Position numbers and translations under genes: made by a program. Of a DNA stretch of 32,000 bases, positions 9,328 through 16,996 are shown in pieces. The DNA lies in NCBI GenBank assembly GCA_028282465.1, contig JANQHX010000094.1, positions 38,265-70,264 of the forward strand. The letters are read 5' to 3'. Under the pieces are notes generated by a model, which saw only the letters and a list, made by a program, of their open reading frames with translations, ran no database searches and was not told where the DNA came from. The DNA comes from Gynuella sp. (GTDB lineage: Bacteria; Pseudomonadota; Gammaproteobacteria; Pseudomonadales; Natronospirillaceae). Numbering within the stretch: position 1 is the first letter of the stretch; each line of letters starts with the position of its first letter.

Positions 9328-10713
9328 ATGAATACGTTAAAAGCATTTATTGCTGTATTGATATTCTGTACTTCAAGTTATTCCATCGGAAATAGCATTG
9401 AAGACAAACTCAAAGTTGCTATTGAAACCAATAACATCGTGCGTGTTAATGTCTTACTACGTACTGTAGAAGATATTAATTCTATTCGCTTAGATGGGCT
9501 TACGGCTGTTCAATATGCTCGAAAGCAAGAGCAAATGGAAATCGTAAATTTTCTAGTAAGAAACGGCGCTGAGGATACTCCGCTAGTCGTGAACTGGGGC
9601 AATGCCATTGTCTCAGTCGCCGGAGTAAAAAATGCCATTCAAATTGGTGGTAACCCCAACGATCTTCTTAGAGGATTACCACTCATACATTATGCTGCGC
9701 AGCGTTCAAGAGTTTCTGTAACTAGAGAGCTCATCAGATCTGGAGCGAACCCAAATAAGAAAAATTCATTTGGGCACACCGTACTCCATCAATTTGCTCT
9801 GCTAAAAAACCGCCTCGGTATTGAAATGGCTATTAACATGGGCGTGGATCCTAATCTGAAAGACGAGAAAGGTTACACCTATAGAACTTATCTAGCAGGC
9901 AGTTCCGAGGGCCAAAACTTACTTGCATCTATGGGTATTGGTATGCCGAGTGGAGATGCACTGATTCGAGCGACTGAAGAAGCGGTAAAAAATAAGGACA
10001 GCATTGCTCTTAGAAATATTCTATTGCTATCTAACGGCCAACACAGTGTCGATATTGATCCAAGACTATTGAGTAACGACAATATTCGCAGTGCGATTGT
10101 TCTTCATAAATATGGCAATGTCACAGCCGATAAGTTTTTAAAAGGTACTGACTTCTATACAGAGGTAAGCAAAAACTATTTGTCAGGTTACTATCTGGTT
10201 GCCATGGGCTATATACCAGAGCCAAAGTCAGAGAAAGACTTACAGAACATGGCCAAAATCTGTGAGAAGCATGACATGATGCCATTCCTCGCTGCAGCTG
10301 GTATTAATACGGAATACAGTTTAGCGGCACTTGAATACCATACGCTTTTCAATTTTATTGTTGAAAACTGTTTGGCAGACCAAGACATGTCACTGAATCT
10401 TATTAGCGCCATGGAAGAACTATCTGAAATTATTATCGCTGATGATCAAATCCTGGCTGGTTATTTACCAGGTAAATGGCGTTCAACAGACAGTGAAATT
10501 ACTTATGAATTTAACGATGATAATACCTTTAGTCATACCTATCTTTCCGATTCAAAACGCAACACTGTGACTGGCACTTGGGAAATCGTACCTGCTGGTA
10601 TCGAGCTTTCAGTTAATCAAACTGGGCTGAAAGAATTTTTAATGATTACCTCCATTTCAGACACTGAATCAAAAGGTGACTTTGGATGGGGTAAGTTTGA
10701 GTTGGTAAGATAA
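9328..10713 (+). CDS. Exported ankyrin-repeat protein with C-terminal beta-rich domain
   Basis: 461 aa; signal peptide MNTLKAFIAVLIFCTSSYS; ankyrin motifs (RLDGLTAVQYARKQEQMEIVNFLVRNGAED; PLIHYAAQRSRVSVTRELIRSGANPNKKNSFGHTVLHQFA); C-terminal GKWRSTDSEITYEFNDDNTF..TGTWEI. Confidence 0.85.
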   Translation: MNTLKAFIAVLIFCTSSYSIGNSIEDKLKVAIETNNIVRVNVLLRTVEDINSIRLDGLTAVQYARKQEQMEIVNFLVRNGAEDTPLVVNWGNAIVSVAGVKNAIQIGGNPNDLLRGLPLIHYAAQRSRVSVTRELIRSGANPNKKNSFGHTVLHQFALLKNRLGIEMAINMGVDPNLKDEKGYTYRTYLAGSSEGQNLLASMGIGMPSGDALIRATEEAVKNKDSIALRNILLLSNGQHSVDIDPRLLSNDNIRSAIVLHKYGNVTADKFLKGTDFYTEVSKNYLSGYYLVAMGYIPEPKSEKDLQNMAKICEKHDMMPFLAAAGINTEYSLAALEYHTLFNFIVENCLADQDMSLNLISAMEELSEIIIADDQILAGYLPGKWRSTDSEITYEFNDDNTFSHTYLSDSKRNTVTGTWEIVPAGIELSVNQTGLKEFLMITSISDTESKGDFGWGKFELVR

Positions 10714-10977
10714 TAGTATTTGGGAAGTGGTTTAGGTTGTTAAGGCACTTCCCCATTCCACGATAATCATCTTCAGTTAGTCTGGAGTTTTTTCCCTAAG
10801 TATCTGATAACTAAATATTTAGAGTTACCAGTCTCACTGCTTATTCTTGTCGGTACACTCTCTCAATTTAATTCTAAAAATCTGCTTTCCAACAATTTCT
10901 GACAAATAACATTATTACCCCGCTTCCATAATCCTGCTCTGTTCTTAAAATACTCTCCTCAATAGGAGACCTACCAT

Positions 10978-13002
10978 TTGAGCAATTTAAACCCAAGACA
11001 AAAAGAAGCCGTAAAGTACATAGATGGGCCTTTACTGGTTTTAGCCGGAGCAGGCTCGGGCAAAACCAGCGTAATCACCCAGAAAATAGCCTATCTCATC
11101 GAGGAATGTGGCTTTAAGGCCCACAACATAGCAGCCGTTACCTTTACGAATAAGGCCGCCCGGGAAATGAAACAGCGGGTCAATAGCTTACTCAAAGGTA
11201 AAAGCACCCGAGGCCTCACGGTATCGACTTTTCATAATCTTGGGCTTAATTTACTTCGTAAAGAAGGCCATCGCCTAGGAATGAAATCTAATTTCACCCT
11301 ATTTGACCAGCATGATGCCTTGACAATCATCAAAGAACAGATAAATCAGAATTTTCCAAATCTAATTGAAGAAACTGATCATATTCAGCATCTCATCTCC
11401 AACTGGAAGAATGACTTAAAAGAACCTGAAGATTTAGTGGGTAGGGTTGAAACCGATATTGAACAAATAGCAGCACAGGTGTACGGGCAATATAATCGAA
11501 TGCTCACGGCCTATAATGCAGTGGATTTTGACGACCTTATCCGCCTCCCCACCACCTTGTTTCAGAACCATCCAAAATGCCTAGAAAAATGGCAGAACAG
11601 AATTCGTTATATGCTGGTGGATGAATATCAAGACACCAATACATCCCAATATGAACTGGTGAAAATGCTGGTAGGTTTTAGAGCCCAGTTTACCGTGGTG
11701 GGTGATGACGACCAGTCAATTTATTCCTGGCGCGGCGCTCGCCCTGAGAATTTAGTCCAGCTTCAAGATGACTTTCCTAGCCTTAAGGTCGTAAAGCTAG
11801 AACAGAACTACCGATCCACATCCCGAATACTAAAAGCAGCCAACACGGTGATTGACAACAATCCCCACGTGTTTACCAAGCAATTATGGAGTGAAATGGG
11901 CATGGGAGACCCCATCAGGGTTATCCGCTGTGCCAGTGATGAGGCTGAAGCAGAAAAAATTGCTACCGAGATTGTTCATCAGCATCTACAAAAAGGTATC
12001 CCTTATAAGGACTTTGCTGTTCTATACCGGGGCAACCATCAAAGCCGAATTATGGAAATCAAACTCCAAGCAAACCAAGTACCTTACCGTATTGCGGGAG
12101 GTACTAGCTTCTTTGGCAAGTCAGAAATTAAAGACGTCATGAGTTACTTGCGCTTGGTTATTAACCCTGACGACGACGCAGCGTTTCTGCGAATCATTAA
12201 CACCCCCAGACGAGAAATAGGGCCAGCCACACTTGAAAAATTGAACGATTATGCAGCAGCTCGGCAATGCAGCCTGTTTCAGGCGTCTACAGAAATGGGA
12301 TTGAGAATCCATTTAACTGAGCGCGCTGCAGATCGATTGGTGCAGTTTACTCGCTGGATGGAAGACATCTTAGTTAAGATCCAAAGGTCTGATCAGCCGG
12401 TAAATATCATTCGAGAAATGCTCGATGACATTGACTATGAAATGTGGCTAAGGCAAGACAGCAATACCCCCAACGCAGCAGACAAGCGCTGGGGCAATGT
12501 TAATGTGTTGGTGGATGGCCTAGAACGGATGCTCGAGCGGGGCAATGAAGAAGACGATACTGAACTTGCCATTGAAGATGCCATTTCAAAATTAGTGCTT
12601 AGAGATCTAATGGAGCGTCAGGAAGAAGAAGCCGACGACAATGCGGTACAGCTAATGACTCTACACGCATCTAAGGGTCTGGAATTCCCCATATGTTATT
12701 TAATGGGCTTAGAAGAAGAACTTCTTCCCCATAGAAACAGCATTGAAAGCGGAGACATCGAAGAAGAACGCCGACTCATGTACGTTGGAATCACAAGAGC
12801 AAAGAAAAAGCTCACACTGACTTACGCAGCCAAACGAAAACAATTTGGTGAGATTGTAGACTGCACCCACAGCAGATTCCTAGACGAAATGCCTCAAGAG
12901 GATTTGAACTGGGAAGGTAAAACTGGGGAAATCACCCAAGAAGAAAACAATCAAAAAGCAACCAACACTCTCGACTCACTTAAAGCACTACTCAACAGCT
13001 AG
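10978..13002 (+). CDS. rep: ATP-dependent DNA helicase Rep (UvrD/Rep superfamily 1)
   Basis: 674 aa; LNPRQKEAVKYIDGPLLVLAGAGSGKTSVITQKIAYLI, VDEYQDTNTSQYELVKMLV, DDDQSIYSWRGA, LMTLHASKGLEFP; starts with TTG preceded by AGGAG. Confidence 0.96.
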   Translation: MSNLNPRQKEAVKYIDGPLLVLAGAGSGKTSVITQKIAYLIEECGFKAHNIAAVTFTNKAAREMKQRVNSLLKGKSTRGLTVSTFHNLGLNLLRKEGHRLGMKSNFTLFDQHDALTIIKEQINQNFPNLIEETDHIQHLISNWKNDLKEPEDLVGRVETDIEQIAAQVYGQYNRMLTAYNAVDFDDLIRLPTTLFQNHPKCLEKWQNRIRYMLVDEYQDTNTSQYELVKMLVGFRAQFTVVGDDDQSIYSWRGARPENLVQLQDDFPSLKVVKLEQNYRSTSRILKAANTVIDNNPHVFTKQLWSEMGMGDPIRVIRCASDEAEAEKIATEIVHQHLQKGIPYKDFAVLYRGNHQSRIMEIKLQANQVPYRIAGGTSFFGKSEIKDVMSYLRLVINPDDDAAFLRIINTPRREIGPATLEKLNDYAAARQCSLFQASTEMGLRIHLTERAADRLVQFTRWMEDILVKIQRSDQPVNIIREMLDDIDYEMWLRQDSNTPNAADKRWGNVNVLVDGLERMLERGNEEDDTELAIEDAISKLVLRDLMERQEEEADDNAVQLMTLHASKGLEFPICYLMGLEEELLPHRNSIESGDIEEERRLMYVGITRAKKKLTLTYAAKRKQFGEIVDCTHSRFLDEMPQEDLNWEGKTGEITQEENNQKATNTLDSLKALLNS

Positions 13003-13205
13003 CCCCCGCTACTGAGGAACATCAGCTGAATTGACATCAAGCTCATGCAATAAAAAACGCTACTAGTCCTAACAATTGCTGCGTCAACGATAATAGCCTC
13101 TTTAACGACAATTAATTGTCAGTTTTTACCCAGCATCTCCGTCAGATTAAAGTCTGCAACTAGGCTGCCGATAACCAATTTAAGTGGTCAAAAGAGTATC
13201 CAGCA

Positions 13206-13439
13206 ATGACAATGCTAATGTCACAACAGGTTCCGGTTAGAATGAATATGATTGATGAGATAACCACAGACAAGATGCTAAACAAGCATTATATCGGCGA
13301 TAGGATCGTGGTGAGGGGCGAAGGTTATATGGTGACAGGTAACTACCCACGGCATGGTTATCTATTTGGACTCCCTACCAAAGTGCAAGCCAGAGGAAAC
13401 AAAAGCGTTAAGATCATTTATGGAGAAGCCATTAAATAA
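13206..13439 (+). CDS. Small hypothetical protein
   Basis: 77-aa ORF between rep and cytochrome c5, followed by an intrinsic terminator; no clear ribosome-binding site. Confidence 0.4.
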   Translation: MTMLMSQQVPVRMNMIDEITTDKMLNKHYIGDRIVVRGEGYMVTGNYPRHGYLFGLPTKVQARGNKSVKIIYGEAIK

Positions 13440-13466
13440 TCCTTCCTCCAGCGATGTTTCCAGCAT

Positions 13467-13497
13467 TAAAAAAGCGACTCTCGGTCGCTTTTTTTGT
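13467..13497. terminator. Bidirectional intrinsic terminator
   Basis: AAAAAAGCGAC-TCTCG-GTCGCTTTTTTT hairpin flanked by A-run and T-run. Confidence 0.85.
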
Positions 13498-13524
13498 GTC
13501 TTCTTAAAGGATAAGTTCGCTGAA

Positions 13525-13947
13525 TTATTTGCTTTCAGCCAAAATATATTCGATTGCGCCTTGAATCTCTTCGTCGGAACAAGATGCACAAGTGCCTCGT
13601 GGTGGCATACCGCCGATACCATTAATAGCATTGACCATTAAGGTTTCCATACCTTTCGCTTCACGCGCGCTCCAGGCTGCTGCGTCTCCAAGTTTTGGAG
13701 CACCGGCAACCCCAGTATTGTGACATGCCATACAAGCTTGATTATAAACCTGATCACCAGGTAACGGGCCAGAAGGTTCAGCAACTGCAACTGGAGCAAC
13801 AGCGCAATCGTCACCTGCTAGACACACCTTTCCAACCGGTTTAATACGTTCAATTAATGCTTCTTCATGATCACTAGAAGCTGCCATTACCCAGGTTGAG
13901 GCAATCATAGCCAGGGCTAACGCGAAGGTTCTTAACATTATTCTCAC
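13525..13947 (-). CDS. Cytochrome c5 family protein
   Basis: 140 aa; signal peptide, CMACH haem motif, distal GMPPRGTCASCSDEEIQGAIEYIL characteristic of cytochrome c5. Confidence 0.93.
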   Translation of the reverse strand: MRIMLRTFALALAMIASTWVMAASSDHEEALIERIKPVGKVCLAGDDCAVAPVAVAEPSGPLPGDQVYNQACMACHNTGVAGAPKLGDAAAWSAREAKGMETLMVNAINGIGGMPPRGTCASCSDEEIQGAIEYILAESK

Positions 13948-14230
13948 CTTAAAATTATTAGAATTCTTGCTCTGGATAGGCCATGAAATCCGGCCATTCA
14001 GGAATGCGCGGCATTATAACGGCAATGTAATCATACTTAAACTGAGTCAGTGTCCCTGACTCATGACCAACTCTCAAGCCGAACTCACCCTTTATGTACT
14101 CTATAGTATCCACTGCATGGGCCTTCAATAGAAACTCTAAAAGACCACTATTGTTTTAGTGAACACTAATAAAGCCAAACCTATCAATGGGTTACCACTC
14201 AGCTCAGCTGGACAAGATCAACGATGGCCG

Positions 14231-14236
14231 TATAAT
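14231..14236 (+). promoter_or_regulatory. Candidate -10 box of the tRNA-Arg transcription unit
   Basis: Perfect TATAAT followed by GC-rich discriminator-like GCGCCG; no strong -35 at ideal spacing. Confidence 0.35.
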
Positions 14237-14319
14237 GCGCCGAGTTTCAAAATGCTCTTCCAGATTCACTATATAAATACGAATCAACAGCATCATAAGA
14301 CTAACTTTCTAAATACCAC

Positions 14320-14376
14320 GCACCCTTAGCTTTTATTCCCGAAGGGTGCAGCTGGATAGAGAGTCGCCCTCCGGAG
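14320..14376 (+). pseudogene. tRNA-Arg 5'-half fragment A with 19-nt insertion
   Basis: GCACCCTTAGC + TTTTATTCCCGAAGGGTGC + AGCTGGATAGAGAGTCGCCCTCCGGAG; the last part matches the intact tRNA at 14521-14550 over ~27 nt with one mismatch. Confidence 0.75.
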
Positions 14377-14440
14377 CTTAGGGTCATCCAAAAATCCGGA
14401 ACTGAGAGTAACAGTCAAAAATGCTCAACTTTCACACAAT

Positions 14441-14478
14441 GCGCCCTTAGCTTTTATGCCCGAAGGGTGCAGCTGGAT
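14441..14478 (+). pseudogene. tRNA-Arg 5' fragment B with the same 19-nt insertion
   Basis: GCGCCCTTAGC + TTTTATGCCCGAAGGGTGC + AGCTGGAT; 5' 11 nt identical to the intact tRNA. Confidence 0.7.
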
Positions 14479-14509
14479 CGAAACCTAGTTTCGACTTGTT
14501 GTTAGTTTT

Positions 14510-14586
14510 GCGCCCTTAGCTCAGCTGGATAGAGCGTCGCCCTCCGGAGGCGAAGGTCAGAGGTTCGAATCCTCTAGGGCGCGCCA
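14510..14586 (+). tRNA. tRNA-Arg (anticodon CCG)
   Basis: 77-nt cloverleaf: acceptor GCGCCCT/AGGGCGC, D-arm GCTC..GAGC, anticodon arm TCGCC-CTCCGGA-GGCGA, T-arm AGAGG-TTCGAAT-CCTCT, discriminator G, encoded CCA. Confidence 0.96.
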
Positions 14587-14721
14587 TATGTGAATATGCC
14601 AGCTGTTTTTGCTGGCATTTTTATATCTGAAGCGCTCTAGCGTTTGATAAGAACCTCCCGGTTCGACCAGTAGCAAAGCGTAAGGCGGGGAGCCTGCGAC
14701 CCAATCCTCTAGGGCGCGCCA
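14587..14721 (+). repeat. tRNA-associated tandem repeat, unit 1 (135 bp)
   Basis: TATGTGAATATGCCAGC...GACCCAATCCTCTAGGGCGCGCCA; ends with an exact copy of the tRNA 3'-terminal 19 nt. Confidence 0.9.
14596..14622 (+). terminator. Terminator-like hairpin downstream of tRNA-Arg (repeat unit 1)
   Basis: ATGCCAGC-TGTTTTT-GCTGGCAT followed by TTTT. Confidence 0.7.
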
Positions 14722-14860
14722 TATGTGAAAATGCCAGCTGTTTTTTGCTGGCATTTTTATATGTGAAGCGCTCTAGCGTTTGATAAGAACCTCCCGGTTC
14801 GACCAGTAGCGAAGCGCAAGGCGGGGAGCCTGCGACCCCAATAATCTAGGGCGCGCGCCA
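14722..14860 (+). repeat. tRNA-associated tandem repeat, unit 2 (139 bp)
   Basis: ~95% identical to unit 1 by eye, ending AATAATCTAGGGCGCGCGCCA (decayed tRNA 3' end). Confidence 0.88.
14731..14759 (+). terminator. Terminator-like hairpin in repeat unit 2
   Basis: ATGCCAGC-TGTTTTTT-GCTGGCAT followed by TTTTA. Confidence 0.6.
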
Positions 14861-15027
14861 TCTCTCCTAAAACAATTAGCCTGCCTGCTAACCGATCAAT
14901 GAAAGCCATTCTGCTAAAGCCAATTCTCCATATGGCCATGCTTACAAGCACCCATATTAAAAAACCACCGCATAGGTGGTTCTTAATAAACAGGGATTTT
15001 AAAAAAGTTAGGTGCCTTCCACTTAAA

Positions 15028-16725
15028 CTAAATGTAATAAAACACAAGATAAGCAGACAGCAACACAGCCACCCAAACAACCATGGTTTCAGTGGGCCAC
15101 AGCCTTGCAAAATAACCTTTGGGTTTTTTCTCATGGGGATCATAGGAATTGCTGATCAAACGAAGAATGCCTCGCTTCGCAAGTTGTTCCAATTTGTGGG
15201 TTAACTCTGATAACGATTTATAAATGGCAACAACGATTGCCGGTGCGAGCTTTCGATAAAACCAGTCTAAATCCAAGCTAATGGTTTCGGTTCGTTTCAT
15301 TAACGGCAGCAATAGGAAGAAAGCTAACCCGGCAAATAACAATAACTGAAATTGGGTAACCAAGTGATCTGCCGTGTAAGGTTTGTAATCCACGGGATAG
15401 GGCAAGATGTTGTACAGAACCTGCGGAAACACGCCTAAGGCAATACACAGAAACGCCATAAAAATCATTGCGAACTGCATATTTTTTGGTGGGTCTGGTG
15501 GCCGCAGCCCTGAATCTTTTTGGAAGAAAACGAACCACGGGTATTTAATGCCGGCATGTAAGAACACGCCTGCTGACGCTGCCGCTAATAACATCCAAAC
15601 GATGGTTAAATGTTCATAAGCAGCAGATTGAGAAATCATCGACTTTGAAATAAAACCAGAGGTAAAGGGAAATGATGAAATAGCTAACGCACCAATGGTG
15701 CCGCAAATAGTGGTAATGGGCATGCTTTGATATAGTCCACCCAGGTCGGTGCAGCGTCGCTTTCCTGTTTCATGAAGCACAGCACCCGCAGACATCAGTA
15801 ACAGTGCTTTATAAATAATATGGGCGAAGGCATGGGATGCCGCTCCGTTGAGAGCCATTTCTGTGCCTATGCCAATACCAGTCACCATAAAACCCACTTG
15901 GTTAACGATGCTGTAAGACAGAATTCGTCGGGCATCATTTTCCAAAAGCGCGTAAATGATTCCGTAAAAAATCATGAAACAGCCGATAGGAATCAGAACG
16001 CTGGTACCTGGAAATGCGATCAGTAAAGTGAATACAGCAGTCTTGGTAGTGAAGGCAGATAAGAACACAGAACCACTGGGGCTGGCCTCAGGGTACGCAT
16101 CCGCAATCCAAGCAGAAAATGGCGGCGCGCCAACATTAACCAAAAAGCCAATTAAGATTAGCCACTGCGCCGGGCCATCGAGTGATAGCTTGGTAAATTC
16201 AACTGAACCTGTGCTGTACACATGCCAAACAATACCGGCCATAAGCACGGCACCACCTAGAGCATGCAATATTAGATAACGCATACTGGCGCGATAGGCA
16301 TTGGCAGTACCACCGGCCAGAATAATTGCAGTAGATCCCAGCGCCATTACTTCCCAGTAAATAAATAAGCTAATTAGGTCTCCAGTGGAAGTGATGCCAA
16401 TGGCGCATCCGGCATATAAAAACGCGGCGCTTAATTCAAACGTAGAAGCGGTTCGCATGGCGAAGATGCCGCCTACTAAAGTCATCAACGCAAATACAGT
16501 GGCGAACACTTTACCGACGGTGGTGAATGCTAGGGGTGAAAGTTCTAAACCTATTAGAGAAATTTGCCAGCTGCTGGCAAGGGGTGTTGTCCAAATGGCC
16601 AGTAATGCTAGCGCAGGCAAACCAAGCATAATTAATTGCCGTAAGTAGCCTTTGGAAGCAGGGATTAACATTGCCCCAAGGATAATTATCCAGCCTGGTG
16701 GTATCTCATTTATCATAGTAATCAT
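15028..16725 (-). CDS. Mrp/Mnh-type antiporter, NuoL/M/N-like membrane subunit (third copy)
   Basis: 565 aa polytopic; GDLISLFIYWEVMALGSTAIILAG, YLILHALGGAVLMAGI, NVGAPPFSAWIADAYPEASPSGSVFLSAFTTKTAVF typical of proton_antipo_M proteins. Confidence 0.9.
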   Translation of the reverse strand: MITMINEIPPGWIIILGAMLIPASKGYLRQLIMLGLPALALLAIWTTPLASSWQISLIGLELSPLAFTTVGKVFATVFALMTLVGGIFAMRTASTFELSAAFLYAGCAIGITSTGDLISLFIYWEVMALGSTAIILAGGTANAYRASMRYLILHALGGAVLMAGIVWHVYSTGSVEFTKLSLDGPAQWLILIGFLVNVGAPPFSAWIADAYPEASPSGSVFLSAFTTKTAVFTLLIAFPGTSVLIPIGCFMIFYGIIYALLENDARRILSYSIVNQVGFMVTGIGIGTEMALNGAASHAFAHIIYKALLLMSAGAVLHETGKRRCTDLGGLYQSMPITTICGTIGALAISSFPFTSGFISKSMISQSAAYEHLTIVWMLLAAASAGVFLHAGIKYPWFVFFQKDSGLRPPDPPKNMQFAMIFMAFLCIALGVFPQVLYNILPYPVDYKPYTADHLVTQFQLLLFAGLAFFLLLPLMKRTETISLDLDWFYRKLAPAIVVAIYKSLSELTHKLEQLAKRGILRLISNSYDPHEKKPKGYFARLWPTETMVVWVAVLLSAYLVFYYI

Positions 16726-16954
16726 CTTTACGCTTTAAGACATAACCCAGCAATTTAGCGACAAGCACCATGGCAACACAGGTGATAAAGCCATACCAAC
16801 CATGAAATCCAAAACTGCCATCAATTCCAAAATGTTCATGTTTATGAATAAGAAATTCAGAAAGAATGGTTAATGCGAGAATGCCAATAAACACTCGCCA
16901 AAGTATTGATATGGTTTTTTCTCGAACCAACCAATGTTTGTCTAAATCATTCAT
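16706..16954 (-). CDS. Small membrane protein embedded in the antiporter operon
   Basis: 82 aa with two predicted transmembrane stretches and His-rich HKHEHFGIDGSFGFHGWYG; overlaps the next CDS by 20 nt. Confidence 0.7.
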   Translation of the reverse strand: MNDLDKHWLVREKTISILWRVFIGILALTILSEFLIHKHEHFGIDGSFGFHGWYGFITCVAMVLVAKLLGYVLKRKDDYYDK

Positions 16955-16996
16955 GGTTTGACCTCCAATTTATGTTGAGGCACTTACTTAATTTAT

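Noticed and set aside
14041-14064. GAGTCAG-TGTCC-CTGACTC inverted repeat
   Set aside because: A 7-bp hairpin without a T-run on either side; could be chance in an intergenic region, so not called as a terminator.
13003-14230. Search for CRISPR-like or retron-like repeat structure near the tRNA
   Set aside because: No regularly spaced direct repeats with unique spacers and no reverse transcriptase or Cas-like ORF in the window; the only direct repeats are the tRNA-derived ones.
14557-14754. 65-aa minus-strand ORF (MPAKNSWHFHIWRALEDWVAG...)
   Set aside because: It is a translation of the tRNA 3' end, hairpin and tandem repeat; the repeated HIWRALED words come from the repeat units, not from a protein domain.
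14510-14860. Integrated mobile element bounded by the tRNA 3'-end direct repeats
   Set aside because: The interval between copies is only ~135 bp and has no integrase or cargo, so an island is not supported here; at most a remnant or slippage product.
14757-15143. 128-aa minus-strand ORF partly hydrophobic
   Set aside because: Overlaps the end of the third antiporter subunit by 116 nt and its C-terminus is encoded in repeat unit 2; the antisense strand is also open (14899-15204), so coding support is weak.
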